From an uncultured Acidobacteriota bacterium (GTDB lineage Bacteria > Acidobacteriota > Thermoanaerobaculia > UBA5066), in NCBI GenBank assembly GCA_963836285.1, contig CAWIIN010000002.1, positions 2,016,021 through 2,080,020 of the forward strand: a stretch of DNA of 64,000 nucleotides. Reading direction: 5' to 3'. Every line of letters begins with the position of its first letter. Positions within the stretch are counted from its first letter, which is position 1. The notes beneath the pieces were generated by a model. That model saw only the letters and a program-made list of their open reading frames with translations, ran no database searches and was not told the origin of the DNA. The position numbers and the translations under genes are program-made. Positions 30,898-40,181 of the stretch are shown here, in pieces.

Positions 30898-30899
30898 AG

Positions 30900-32099
30900 T
30901 CAGCAGCCGCCCTGGATCTTCTTTTCCTTCCTGGGTTTCTTCTGTCCCGAGGCCTTCGCCTCCTGGACCATTCGGAGGATCTGCGACCGGGCCGAGTCCC
31001 GGAACTTCAGGACGTCTCCGTCCCAACGGCCCGGCGCGTTCGAGACGACGAGGACGGGCCGGAGGATCGTCCTGTCGAACGCGGGGAAGCCGCCCTCGAG
31101 CACGGCGACGTTCTCGTAGCCGAGCTCCCTGAGGAGAAGCGCCGCCATCCGCTCCCCGGCCTCGTCGGTTCCGACGATCACCTTCTTCACGTGCCGCGGG
31201 GAGAGGACGTCCCGCCATTCCTTGCCGAAGAGGTCGCGGACGGGCGCGTTCACGGCGCCGGGCAGCGTGGATGCCGCGAAGGTCTTCGCGTCCCGGACGT
31301 CGACGATCCTGAGACGCGGCTCGCGGTCGACGATCCGGAACGCGAGTTCGTCGGCCGTCATCACGTTCACCGGGTGGGCGGCCGCGTACGCCGGGTTGGA
31401 CACCTTCGCGAGGAGCCGCCCCTTGTAGTCGGGGACGAAGAGCAGGCCGATCCCGAGGGCGAGAAGGCCGGCGGCCGCCCAGCGGTGCGAGGCGACGGGG
31501 AAGAGGAGGGACGGGGCGCCCGTGGAATCCACCTTCCGCTCGATCCACGTCGTCGCGGCGAAGGCGCCGACGGCGATCGCGATGAGAAGGAAGGCGAAGA
31601 CGCCGGCGGACATGTGAAGGGACTTGTGGACCATCAGCGGACCGAGGAAGGTCGAGTCGTTGAACGTCTCGATCTTCGGGTAGATCTCGGCGAACCCGAA
31701 GATGCCGAGGAGCCCGCCGCCGACGAAGAACATCCCGTCCACCTTCCCGATCGCGGCGGCGCAGACGCTGGTTCCGGGGCAGTAGCCGCCGAGGAGGAAG
31801 CCGACGCCCATGATGGCGCCTCCCACGACGGCCGGGACGAGCCACGTGGGGTTGACGAAGATGACGTCGAGGTCGAGGAGCCCCGTCGACCCGAGCAGGA
31901 GCACGCCCGCCATCGCCGTGGCGGCTGCGGTGAAGAAGACCCTGAGGACGGTAAAGTCGTAGCCGTAGAAGACACCGGCGAGCCGCCTCGACGAGGAGAA
32001 GCCCGCCTGCTCGAGGACGAAGCCGAAGCCGATCCCGAGGAAGAGGGCGACGACGAGGTTGAGCTGGTCCGAGATGAGGTCGGGGACGAACGGAGCCAT
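30900..32099 (-). CDS. YeeE/YedE sulfur-compound transporter domain fused to a rhodanese domain, with a C-terminal GGC tail
   Basis: GIGFGFVLEQAGF, GYCPGT, then IVDVRD...LPGAVN...LGYENVAVLEGGF; ends KKIQGGC. Confidence 0.88.
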   Translation of the reverse strand: MAPFVPDLISDQLNLVVALFLGIGFGFVLEQAGFSSSRRLAGVFYGYDFTVLRVFFTAAATAMAGVLLLGSTGLLDLDVIFVNPTWLVPAVVGGAIMGVGFLLGGYCPGTSVCAAAIGKVDGMFFVGGGLLGIFGFAEIYPKIETFNDSTFLGPLMVHKSLHMSAGVFAFLLIAIAVGAFAATTWIERKVDSTGAPSLLFPVASHRWAAAGLLALGIGLLFVPDYKGRLLAKVSNPAYAAAHPVNVMTADELAFRIVDREPRLRIVDVRDAKTFAASTLPGAVNAPVRDLFGKEWRDVLSPRHVKKVIVGTDEAGERMAALLLRELGYENVAVLEGGFPAFDRTILRPVLVVSNAPGRWDGDVLKFRDSARSQILRMVQEAKASGQKKPRKEKKIQGGC

Positions 32100-32103
32100 C
32101 GCC

Positions 32104-32634
32104 TCACCTCTCCGTCTTCTGTCCGAGCCAGAGGCCGCGGACGAACCAGGCCACGAGGTAGCCCGTGCCGAAGATCGCGAGCATCGTGACGAAGCCCGCG
32201 GTCGACAGGACGGCCATCCCGCTCAGCGCCGCGCCGCTCGTGCAGCCGCGCGCGAGCTGGGCCCCGATGCCGAAGAGCGCACCCCCGGCGGCCGCGAAGG
32301 CCCAGCGCGCCTTGCGGGAGACGCGGGGACCGGCTTCCGTCACGATTTTCAGGCGGTCGGAGACGAGGCCCGAGAGGAAGGCTCCGATCAGGACGCCCGC
32401 CACCTCGAAGACGAGCCACGACTTCAGCGGGCTCTCCGGAGAGGACCCGAGAACGTGCGCGTAGAACGGCGACGCCTGCGCGTGGGCCGGCGCCGCCCCG
32501 TCGACCGCCGCGACGACGACGCTTTTGAGCGCGCCGCTCGCGCCCAGCCCCCGCCCGGTGACGAAGATCGTCCCAAGGAGAACCAGGCCGAGCAGGAACC
32601 CGGCGAGGTAGGGGTCCATGTATTTCGTTTTCAC
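32104..32634 (-). CDS. YeeE/YedE-family sulfur-compound transporter subunit
   Basis: PYLAGFLLG, GRGLGASG, GAQLARGCTSGAALSG. Confidence 0.9.
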   Translation of the reverse strand: MKTKYMDPYLAGFLLGLVLLGTIFVTGRGLGASGALKSVVVAAVDGAAPAHAQASPFYAHVLGSSPESPLKSWLVFEVAGVLIGAFLSGLVSDRLKIVTEAGPRVSRKARWAFAAAGGALFGIGAQLARGCTSGAALSGMAVLSTAGFVTMLAIFGTGYLVAWFVRGLWLGQKTER

Positions 32635-32644
32635 GGCATGCCTC

Positions 32645-33316
32645 TCATTTGGACGGGACGGGCGCTTGCAGCGGCGCCGCGGGCGCCTCGACCCGGGATG
32701 GGGACGGCGAATCCGCGTCCAGATCCTCGTAGCCGGTGATCATCGCCTTGAGGTTGGACGTCACGGTGCGGCCGGTCGTCATCAGGTAGAGGTGGGCGAC
32801 GAGGAACGTCACGAGGAGGAAGGCTCCCGCCGTGTGGAGGACCGCGATCGTCCCAAGGCCGCGGACGTTCAGGCCGAGCACCTCGTAACGCTGCGGGTAG
32901 CGGTAGAACATGTAGAGGAGTCCCGAGACGACGACGACGGGGATCACGAGGAGCTTCAGGCCGGCGTACGTCAGCTTCTGGAGCGGGTTCAGCTTCGAGA
33001 GAACGGTCTTCTTCGTCGGGTGGGGCGCGTTCCGGAAGATGCCGAAGATGTAGTAGTCGGCCTGGTCTGTGAGGTTCTTCCACGTCGGGACGTACTGCCG
33101 CCACTCGCCGGTCGTGAAGTGCCAGAAGATCGCGAAGACGATGAGGACGAGGAAACTCCAGGCCGCGAAGGCGTGGTAATGGACCGCGTGCTCGAACCCG
33201 AAGAACCGGAGCGAGCCGTGGATCTCGAAGCCCGTGACGGCGAGGAAGAGAATGAGGGCGGCCTGCGTCCAGTGCCAGAACCTCTCGAACGAGCGGTAGA
33301 CGTATTCGCGCTTCAT
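32645..33316 (-). CDS. Di-heme cytochrome b (PhsC/Ni-hydrogenase cytochrome b type)
   Basis: FERFWHW, FWHFTTGEW, KLNPLQKLTY, LHTAGAF...AHLYL. ATG at 33316. Confidence 0.88.
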   Translation of the reverse strand: MKREYVYRSFERFWHWTQAALILFLAVTGFEIHGSLRFFGFEHAVHYHAFAAWSFLVLIVFAIFWHFTTGEWRQYVPTWKNLTDQADYYIFGIFRNAPHPTKKTVLSKLNPLQKLTYAGLKLLVIPVVVVSGLLYMFYRYPQRYEVLGLNVRGLGTIAVLHTAGAFLLVTFLVAHLYLMTTGRTVTSNLKAMITGYEDLDADSPSPSRVEAPAAPLQAPVPSK

Positions 33317-33317
33317 C

Positions 33318-34883
33318 TCAGTGTCCCTTCCCGTTTCCCCGGAGCGCGATCCGCGCCCCGCCGTGGACGACGACGCCCGCAAGGGTGAAGGCGAGGAGGC
33401 CGAGGCCGAACCGGTCGACCCACGGATTCCGGTCCCGTCCCGGCATGTAGAAGCCCCCGAGCTGCGCGAGCCGCCCGCCCGAACGCGCGTGGCACTCGTT
33501 GCAGGTCACGGCCTTCCCCTTCGGGGCGATCATGTGGTTCAGGGGCCAGTACATTTCCGTCCGCGCGAAGCCGTAATGGCCGCTGTACGGGAGGCCGACT
33601 TCCTTCATCCCCTCTTCGGCCGCCCGCTCCCAGTCGAACTCCCCCCAGTAGCCGCCGTCGCCCGGGTGCGACGAGTACAGCTTCGGCTGGATGAGCGTGC
33701 GGTTCTCGGTGTCGTAGATCTGCCTGGCCCGGTGGATCTTGACGGGGACGATCTTCGCGTCGGGGTCGTCGTAGCCGCCGGCGAGCGGATTCAGCACGAG
33801 GGGCTGCGACGGGTCGAACGTATCGCCGATGAGGTAGTGCGACGCCGTTCCGTTGAACCAGACGTAGTCGGGCTTCAGGTTCTTGCCCCAGACGAACGAG
33901 CCCTTGATCGACATGTAGACGTCGGTTCCGGCGGCGTCCTTCTCCTCGTAGGGCTTGCCGTCCTTCAGCTTCCCGGCGGTCGACCAGTCCCACGCGAGCT
34001 TCGTCGGATTGACCTTCGCGTACGTGGGGATGTGGCACGTCTGGCAGGCGACCTTGTACGTGTGGTCGTTCAGGACGTTGTCGGCGTGCGGCATCGCCGC
34101 GTGACAGGTCTCGCACTCCACCCGGTTGCGATTCATGGAAGAGACGGCGTAGTCCTTCCCGAGAATCTGGTGCCTGTTTGCCGTGTGGCAGTCGACGCAC
34201 TGCATGTCGACGCCGTCGGAGGCCATGTGGACGTCGACGTCGCGCGAGGGATCGAACATGGACTTCTCGAGGTCGCCGTGCTTGACGTTGTTTCCGCCGC
34301 CGCCGAAGAAGTGGCAGGTGCCGCAGTCCGCCCGCTGCGGCCGACCGACGTGCTGGGCGACGTTCGTGAGGTCGACCGACGGGTCGGGCATCCCCGCGGC
34401 GCCGGCGGCCTTCACGTACGTCGAGGTGTTGTCGTGACAGGCGAGGCAGTCGACGTTCAGCGGGTTCCTGAGGTCGAAGGAGGCGTCGGCCCAGCCGTAG
34501 CCGATGTGGCACTTGTCGCAACTCCGCTGGCTGCCCGAGACGCCGATGCAGAAGTTGTTCAGGACATTTCTCTTCCCGACTTCCCGGATTCCCTTGCCCT
34601 CGACGTATTCAGTCCGGTCCCAGTTCCAGTGCGTCGAGGCCATGACCTCGGCGGCCCGCCCGTTGTGGCAGGAGATGCACGCGGCCGTTACGTCCTGGGG
34701 CTTCTTGAAGGCGACCCTGAGCTGGGCAAACTTCGAGTGGTCGACCGAGGCGCTCGCCTTGTGCGAGAAGCGGTCCTTCAGTTTCGCGAGGGGCGTAACC
34801 CCGGAGTCGTTCTTCCTCAAGGCGGTGTAGGCCAGGCCGAGGATCGCGGCGAGGGCCAGGAGGATTGCGAAGATTCGTCTCAT
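33318..34883 (-). CDS. Octaheme c-type cytochrome, tetrathionate reductase (OTR) family, with C-terminal membrane anchor
   Basis: Eight CxxCH (CISCH, CDKCH, CLACH, CGTCH, CVDCH, CETCH, CQTCH, CNECH); GKRNVLNNFC, GGGGNNVKHGDL, WDWSTAG, WPLNHM. ATG at 34883. Confidence 0.92.
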   Translation of the reverse strand: MRRIFAILLALAAILGLAYTALRKNDSGVTPLAKLKDRFSHKASASVDHSKFAQLRVAFKKPQDVTAACISCHNGRAAEVMASTHWNWDRTEYVEGKGIREVGKRNVLNNFCIGVSGSQRSCDKCHIGYGWADASFDLRNPLNVDCLACHDNTSTYVKAAGAAGMPDPSVDLTNVAQHVGRPQRADCGTCHFFGGGGNNVKHGDLEKSMFDPSRDVDVHMASDGVDMQCVDCHTANRHQILGKDYAVSSMNRNRVECETCHAAMPHADNVLNDHTYKVACQTCHIPTYAKVNPTKLAWDWSTAGKLKDGKPYEEKDAAGTDVYMSIKGSFVWGKNLKPDYVWFNGTASHYLIGDTFDPSQPLVLNPLAGGYDDPDAKIVPVKIHRARQIYDTENRTLIQPKLYSSHPGDGGYWGEFDWERAAEEGMKEVGLPYSGHYGFARTEMYWPLNHMIAPKGKAVTCNECHARSGGRLAQLGGFYMPGRDRNPWVDRFGLGLLAFTLAGVVVHGGARIALRGNGKGH

Positions 34884-35053
34884 CGTTTCATGGTCCTCTC
34901 CGGCGGTCCGCGTTTTCGAGCGACTTCGGCCTCTCCCATTCAAGAAGGGCGCCAGAGGGCTCGAGGGCAGCTCGAGCGCGAAAATCACCCGTGACCGGGC
35001 CGGAAGGCTGCCGCTCCGGATCGGAGCCGCGGCGCCGTGCCCTTCGAGGAGCC

Positions 35054-35087
35054 CGAAACGTTTCGACGTGAACAGGGTGTTGCAACA
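35054..35087. promoter_or_regulatory. Paired palindromes in the divergent intergenic region; candidate activator-binding sites
   Basis: Perfect palindromes CGAAACGTTTCG (35054-35065) and TGTTGCAACA (35078-35087). Function is inferred. Confidence 0.4.
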
Positions 35088-35237
35088 GATTGCCCGGCCG
35101 GCATTCGCCTGCGTCATTGAAATGGACAGGCGCGAGGCGAAGGATTGCGGCCCCAGGGAAGGGCCTCCCGAAGAAAACTGGCCCGTTCCGCGCCTCCCCG
35201 GGACGGCGAGGCCGGATGCGACCGAAAGGAATCCCCC

Positions 35238-35642
35238 ATGAATCTCTGTCTTCCCGTCACCCGAAACCTCGGACTGAAGAGCCCCCTCAGCGCGCACTTC
35301 GGCTCGGCGCCGCTCTTCCTCGTCGTGGAAACCGAAAACGGGAAGTGCCGCGAGATCCCGAACGGCAACCAGCACCACGCCCACGGCATGTGCCAGCCTC
35401 TTCAGGCGCTCGCGGGCGAGCGCTTCGACGGGATCGTCGTCGGAGGAATCGGCCAAGGGGCGCTCGGAAAGCTCCGGGCGGGCGGTGTCCGGGTCTTCCG
35501 GGCGAACGCCGGAACCGTCGAGGACGCGGTCGCCGCGCTCACGGCGGGCGCCCTCGAGGAGGTCACCCCGGCCTCGGCGTGCGCCGGCCACGCGCACGAG
35601 CCCGCGGACCACGTCCATCCGTCGAACCTGCCGACGCACTAG
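35238..35642 (+). CDS. NifB/NifX-family (FeMo-cofactor-binding-like) protein
   Basis: SAHFGSAPLFLVV, HHAHGMCQP, VGGIGQGA, GVRVF; His/Cys-rich tail. Confidence 0.85.
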   Translation: MNLCLPVTRNLGLKSPLSAHFGSAPLFLVVETENGKCREIPNGNQHHAHGMCQPLQALAGERFDGIVVGGIGQGALGKLRAGGVRVFRANAGTVEDAVAALTAGALEEVTPASACAGHAHEPADHVHPSNLPTH

Positions 35643-35673
35643 GAGAAGAGCGCGCTCCCGGGTTGGTGCGCGC

Positions 35674-35689
35674 TGGTACGCATCTCGCA
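35674..35689 (+). promoter_or_regulatory. Candidate sigma-54 (-24/-12) promoter
   Basis: TGGTACGCATCTCGCA has GG-N10-GC spacing and is close to TGGCACGnnnnTTGCW; ~200 bp upstream of the outer-membrane channel gene. Confidence 0.55.
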
Positions 35690-35886
35690 AGACGGGGAGC
35701 GTGAACGCGCAGAACCTGGTTTCGGGCGAGCGCCGGGGGAGGCTCCGAGTGAAAGGCATGCGCGGTCATCGCGGAGGTCGCGGGGATGGCGCTCCCGGAA
35801 GGGGCGGAAGGCCCGGCGACCTGACCTGAATTCCAACGATCGAATCGCGGGTTCGAAACGGCCCGCCTGTGAGAGGAGTGCCCGAA

Positions 35887-37137
35887 ATGAGAAACCGGAG
35901 CGGCATCGCGCTCGTCGCGCTGCTCGCCGTGACCGCCGCGCCCGCCCTCGCGACGGACGGCTACTTCCAGCTCGGCTACGGAACGGCGCAGAACGGAATG
36001 GGCGGCGCCGGCGTCGCGCTGTCCCTCAACACGATGTCCCCGGCGACGAACCCCGCGGGGAACGCGTGGGTGACGGGCTACGACCTGAGCCTCGCCGTCT
36101 TCAACCCGAACCGCGAGTTCACGGTGACCGGCGCTCCGTCCGGCTACCCGGGCACGTTCGGACTCGCGCCCGGCACGGTGAAGAGCGGCAGCTCGGTCTT
36201 CCTCATGCCGTCGATCGGCGCGAACTGGAGGCTGAACGACAGGATGACGCTCGGCGTCGCGGTGTACGGCAATGGCGGCATGAACACGAACTACGACGCG
36301 TCCGTCTTCTACGCGGGCCGCACGGGCGTCGACCTCATGCAGCTCTACGTCGCGCCGACGCTCACGTACAAGCTCGGCGAGAACCACGCGTTCGGCATCA
36401 GCCCCGTCCTCGGCTGGCAGAGCTTCCAGGCGGAGGGCGTCGGGAGCTTCGCGCCGTACTCGTCCTCGCCGCAGAACCTCTCGAACAACGCGCACGACAC
36501 GTCGCTCGGCTGGGGTGTCCGCATCGGGTACCTCGGCAAGCTCACGCCGTGGCTCTCGGTCGGCGCGTCGTACCAGACCGAGATGGAGATGCAGAAGTTC
36601 TCGAAGTACGAGGGGCTCTTCGCGGAGCAGGGCGACTTCGACATTCCCAAGAACTGGACCGTCGGCGTCGCGATCAAGCCTGCGGAGTCGTTCACGGTCG
36701 CGTTCGACGTGCAGAAGATCTACTACAGTGACACCGAGTCGATCGGGAACCCGCTCCTTCCGAACCTCATGACGGCGCGCCTCGGCAACGACAGCGGCGC
36801 GGGCTTCGGCTGGAGAGACGTCACGGCGTACAAGCTCGGCCTCCAGTGGGTCGCGAGCCCGGGCCTGACGCTCCGCGCCGGCTATGCGTACGCGAAGGAG
36901 CCGATCCCGGAAATTGAGGTCCTCTTCAACATCCTCGCGCCCGGCGTCATCGAGCAGCACGTCACGGTCGGCGCGAGCGCGAACGTGGGCGCGAAGACGA
37001 AGCTCAATCTCGCGATCGTCCGCGCGCTCTCGAAGTCCGTCACGGGCCCGAACCCGCTCGAGGCTCCCGGCCAGCAGACGATCACGCTCAAGATGGACCA
37101 GTGGGTCTTCGACCTCGGCCTCTCGGTTGGGTTCTGA
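35887..37137 (+). CDS. OmpP1/FadL/TodX-family outer-membrane channel
   Basis: Signal peptide then TDGYFQLGYG...GMGGAGVA...NPAG, YGNGGMNTNY, TLRAGY; C-terminal Phe. Confidence 0.9.
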   Translation: MRNRSGIALVALLAVTAAPALATDGYFQLGYGTAQNGMGGAGVALSLNTMSPATNPAGNAWVTGYDLSLAVFNPNREFTVTGAPSGYPGTFGLAPGTVKSGSSVFLMPSIGANWRLNDRMTLGVAVYGNGGMNTNYDASVFYAGRTGVDLMQLYVAPTLTYKLGENHAFGISPVLGWQSFQAEGVGSFAPYSSSPQNLSNNAHDTSLGWGVRIGYLGKLTPWLSVGASYQTEMEMQKFSKYEGLFAEQGDFDIPKNWTVGVAIKPAESFTVAFDVQKIYYSDTESIGNPLLPNLMTARLGNDSGAGFGWRDVTAYKLGLQWVASPGLTLRAGYAYAKEPIPEIEVLFNILAPGVIEQHVTVGASANVGAKTKLNLAIVRALSKSVTGPNPLEAPGQQTITLKMDQWVFDLGLSVGF

Positions 37138-37267
37138 GAACGCGGTGAGACGCCACTTCGCGTTCCCGGCCATCGGCCTGCGGGACCGCGACGGCGGAGG
37201 TCGATGGCCGCGATCGGCCGATGACCTGATGCAGGTGTCTCATGCCGCGGCGGGGCTCGGGCGCGTA

Positions 37268-37289
37268 CATTTCGTCTTGTTCCGAAATG
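37268..37289. promoter_or_regulatory. Inverted-repeat operator, probably for the downstream ArsR
   Basis: CATTTCG-TCTTGTTC-CGAAATG overlaps the permease start codon. Confidence 0.65.
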
Positions 37290-38363
37290 ACGAACGCCAC
37301 GCTCTCCCTCCCGACTTACGGCCCCGTTGAATCCCCGAGGGTCCGTCTGCGCCCGCGGACGATCCTTCTCCATCTCGCCGCTCTTGCCGCATGGGTCGGC
37401 GCCTACGCGGCCAACGGAGGAGTCGCGCGGTTCGTCACGACGCGCCTCGTCGGCCTCAGGCCCGGGACGCCTCTCGGCTCGGCGGTCGAGTTCTTCGTCT
37501 TCGAGGTTCCGAAGGTCCTCCTCCTCCTCACGCTCGTCGTCTTCGTCGTCGGCATCGTCCGGAGCTTCTTCACCCCCGAACGGACGCGCGGTCTCCTCGC
37601 GGGCCGGCGGGAGACCGCCGGCAACGCGCTCGCCTCGCTCCTGGGCGTCGTCACCCCGTTCTGCTCGTGCTCGGCGGTCCCGATGTTCATCGGATTCGTG
37701 ACGGCCGGCGTCCCGCTCGGCGTGACGTTCTCGTTCCTCGTCGCCGCGCCCATGGTCAACGAAGTGGCTCTCGCGCTCTTGTTCGGCCTGTTCGGCTGGA
37801 AGGTCGCGGGGCTGTACCTCGGCACCGGCCTCGTCATCGCCTTCCTGGCCGGCTGGGTCATCGGACGGCTGAAGCTCGAGGGGTGGGTGGAGCCGTGGGT
37901 CTACCGGAGCCGTGGGCCCGTGGCTGGGCCCCTCGGGGAGAAGCCCGGCTGGGAGCGGCGTCTCGCGATCGGCCGCGAGGAGGTCCGCGAGATCGTCGGA
38001 AAGGTGTGGCTTTACGTGATCCTCGGGATCGCGATCGGCGCGGGGATCCACGGCTGGGTGCCCGAAAACTTCATGGCTTCGATCATGGGCAAGGGCGCCT
38101 GGTGGTCCGTTCCTCTCGCCGTCCTGATCGGGATCCCCATGTACTCGAACGCCGCGGGGATTCTGCCCGTCGTCCAGGCGCTCCTCGGCAAGGGGGCGGC
38201 GCTCGGTACGGTCCTCGCCTTCATGATGTCCGTCATCGCGCTCTCTCTTCCGGAGGCCGTGATCCTGCGCAAGGTGCTCACACCGCGCCTCATCGCCGTC
38301 TTCATCGGCGTCGTCGGGACGGGGATCCTCGTCGTGGGATACGTGTTCAATGCGCTCCTCTGA
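37287..38363 (+). CDS. ArsP/DUF318-family permease
   Basis: TPFCSCSAVP, GVPLGVTFSFL, PMVNE, GIPMYSNAAG, ALSLPE. Confidence 0.92.
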   Translation: MTNATLSLPTYGPVESPRVRLRPRTILLHLAALAAWVGAYAANGGVARFVTTRLVGLRPGTPLGSAVEFFVFEVPKVLLLLTLVVFVVGIVRSFFTPERTRGLLAGRRETAGNALASLLGVVTPFCSCSAVPMFIGFVTAGVPLGVTFSFLVAAPMVNEVALALLFGLFGWKVAGLYLGTGLVIAFLAGWVIGRLKLEGWVEPWVYRSRGPVAGPLGEKPGWERRLAIGREEVREIVGKVWLYVILGIAIGAGIHGWVPENFMASIMGKGAWWSVPLAVLIGIPMYSNAAGILPVVQALLGKGAALGTVLAFMMSVIALSLPEAVILRKVLTPRLIAVFIGVVGTGILVVGYVFNALL

Positions 38364-38775
38364 AACGACCGGGTCGGGCCTCTTCGCCGCGACGGCGGTC
38401 GCCAAGGCGCTCGCGCACCCGGCGCGGCTCCGGGTCCTCGCGATGCTCTCGGACGGGCCTCTTTGCGTCTGCCAGCTGACCGCCGTCCTCGGCTCCGCGC
38501 CGTCCACCGTCTCGGAGCATCTCCGGGAGCTCAAGCGCGCGGGCCTCCTTGCCGAGGAGAAGGACGGCAAGTTCGTCTTCTACCGACTCACGCCGTCGCC
38601 CGACATGGTCCGCTGGCGGGAGGCCGTTCGGCTCGGCTTGACCGGCGATCCCGTCGCGCTCGCCGACGCCGCGCTCGTGGCCCGGCTCCGGCGCGTTCCC
38701 GTCGAGGAGTTCGCCGCGACGGGTGGCCGGATTCCGCCGCCCCGAAGGACTCGCCCGGGAGGTTCACTTCCATGA
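38350..38775 (+). CDS. ArsR/SmtB-family repressor with an alpha-3 CxC metalloid site
   Basis: KALAHPARLRVL, LCVCQL, STVSEHLRELKRAGL, GKFVFY. Confidence 0.92.
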   Translation: MRSSETTGSGLFAATAVAKALAHPARLRVLAMLSDGPLCVCQLTAVLGSAPSTVSEHLRELKRAGLLAEEKDGKFVFYRLTPSPDMVRWREAVRLGLTGDPVALADAALVARLRRVPVEEFAATGGRIPPPRRTRPGGSLP

Positions 38776-39188
38776 CGTTCCTCTTCTCCTCGTTGATCGT
38801 CGCCGCCGCGCTCGCGGCCGTGCCTACGGGCCGCGCTCCCGCGGCCACGCCCGCGGCCGAAGCCCGGATTCCGGCGCTGTCCCCGGCCGAGCTCGACTCC
38901 GCCCTCAAGGCCGGGGTCCCCCTCGTCGTCGAGTTCGGTGGAGAGACCTGCATTCCGTGCCTGCACATGCAGCCGGTCCTGAAGAGTCTCCAGGCGCGTC
39001 TCGGCAAGCGCGCGCGTGTCTCCAATTTCTGGATTCAGCCAAACCCGGAGGTGGCCCGGCGGCACCAGATCATGGTGATGCCGACGCAGATCATCTTCGA
39101 CGCCAAGGGGCGGGAGATCTTCCGGCACATGGGCTACTTCGACGAGCCGGATTTCGAGAGGGTCCTCAAGGAGAAGGGACTCCTCTGA
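38772..39188 (+). CDS. Exported thioredoxin-family protein
   Basis: Signal peptide, EFGGETCIPC, MPTQIIFD..G.EIFRHMG. Confidence 0.88.
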   Translation: MTFLFSSLIVAAALAAVPTGRAPAATPAAEARIPALSPAELDSALKAGVPLVVEFGGETCIPCLHMQPVLKSLQARLGKRARVSNFWIQPNPEVARRHQIMVMPTQIIFDAKGREIFRHMGYFDEPDFERVLKEKGLL

Positions 39189-39892
39189 TGGAGGGTTTTC
39201 TGGCCGGCCTCGCCGCGCAGGCCGCCGCCGCCCCGGCCCCGGTCATGCTCGCCCTCGTGTTTCTCGGGGGCGTCCTCTCGTCCGCGAGCCCCTGCGTTCT
39301 CGCGGCGGTCCCCCTCGTGGTCGCGGCCGTCGGCGGTGCCGGAACGACGCGGGCACGTGCCGCGGCGCTCACGGTGGCATTCGCGGCGGGTCTCGCCGTC
39401 TGCTTCACGGCGCTCGGCGCCGCAGCGGCCCTTTCGGGGCGACTCCTCGGCGACATCGGAGCGGCCTGGCCTCTGCTGCTTTCTGCGGTCCTCGCCGCCA
39501 TGGGCCTTCACCTCGCGGGTGTCCTCCATCTCCCGATGCCGCGCGTCGACGCGGCCAGACTCGGCAAGGCGGGGATCGCGGGCGCGTTCGCGCTTGGCGC
39601 CCTCACGGGAACCCTTTCGTCTCCGTGCGCGACGCCGATCCTCGTCGTCATCCTCTCCCTCGTCGCGTTCGAGCAGAAGGTCCTTTGGGGGACGACGCTG
39701 CTCCTGGCCTATTCCGCGGGTCACGTCGTGCTGCTGCTCGCCGCGGGTGTCGCGACCGGGTTCGTCACGGCCTTCGTCGGGAGCCGCGCCGCCGCTTGGG
39801 CCGGGCGGCTACAGCGGGCTTTCGGATGGGTCCTCGTCGTCCTCGGCGTCGGCGTCGGGGCCACGACGCTTCGCCGCGTGCTCGCGGCGTGA
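39188..39892 (+). CDS. ccdA: CcdA/DsbD-type transmembrane disulfide reductase
   Basis: GGVLSSASPCVL and SSPCATPIL; about six TM helices. Confidence 0.88.
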   Translation: MEGFLAGLAAQAAAAPAPVMLALVFLGGVLSSASPCVLAAVPLVVAAVGGAGTTRARAAALTVAFAAGLAVCFTALGAAAALSGRLLGDIGAAWPLLLSAVLAAMGLHLAGVLHLPMPRVDAARLGKAGIAGAFALGALTGTLSSPCATPILVVILSLVAFEQKVLWGTTLLLAYSAGHVVLLLAAGVATGFVTAFVGSRAAAWAGRLQRAFGWVLVVLGVGVGATTLRRVLAA

Positions 39893-40171
39893 ATGCACGG
39901 AAACAAGGAGAAGGTCATGGAAGACATCGCGCGCAGGAAGATCGAGGTCCTCGGCCCGGGCTGCGCCCGCTGCAAGGAGACGTACCGCGTCGTGCGCCAG
40001 GTCGTCGAGACCGACCACCTGCAGGCCGACGTCACGAAAGTCGAGTCGGTCGAACGGATGATCGAGCTCGGCCTCCTCGCGACGCCGGGCGTCGCCGTCG
40101 ACGGCAGGGTCGTCCTCTCGGGCCGCATCCCGAAGGTGGACGAGATCCGCAGGCTCCTCGGGGGCGGCTGA
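39893..40171 (+). CDS. Small redox-active disulfide protein (MTH895/thioredoxin_3 type)
   Basis: IEVLGPGCARC...TPGVAVDGRVVLSGRIP. Confidence 0.9.
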   Translation: MHGNKEKVMEDIARRKIEVLGPGCARCKETYRVVRQVVETDHLQADVTKVESVERMIELGLLATPGVAVDGRVVLSGRIPKVDEIRRLLGGG

Positions 40172-40181
40172 GCCGGCCGAC

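Noticed and set aside
30894-30905. Selenocysteine at the end of the YeeE-rhodanese gene (GGC-TGA-CTC-TAG, resembling a C-U motif)
   Set aside because: TGA is the commonest stop in this GC-rich sequence, and the downstream bases are constrained by the convergent CGGC gene. Unsupported without homolog evidence.
35020-35045. Sigma-54 promoter for the OTR operon (minus strand GGGCACGGCGCCGC)
   Set aside because: The -12 element lacks TTGC and the spacing is off by one relative to GGCAC; too weak in GC-rich DNA.
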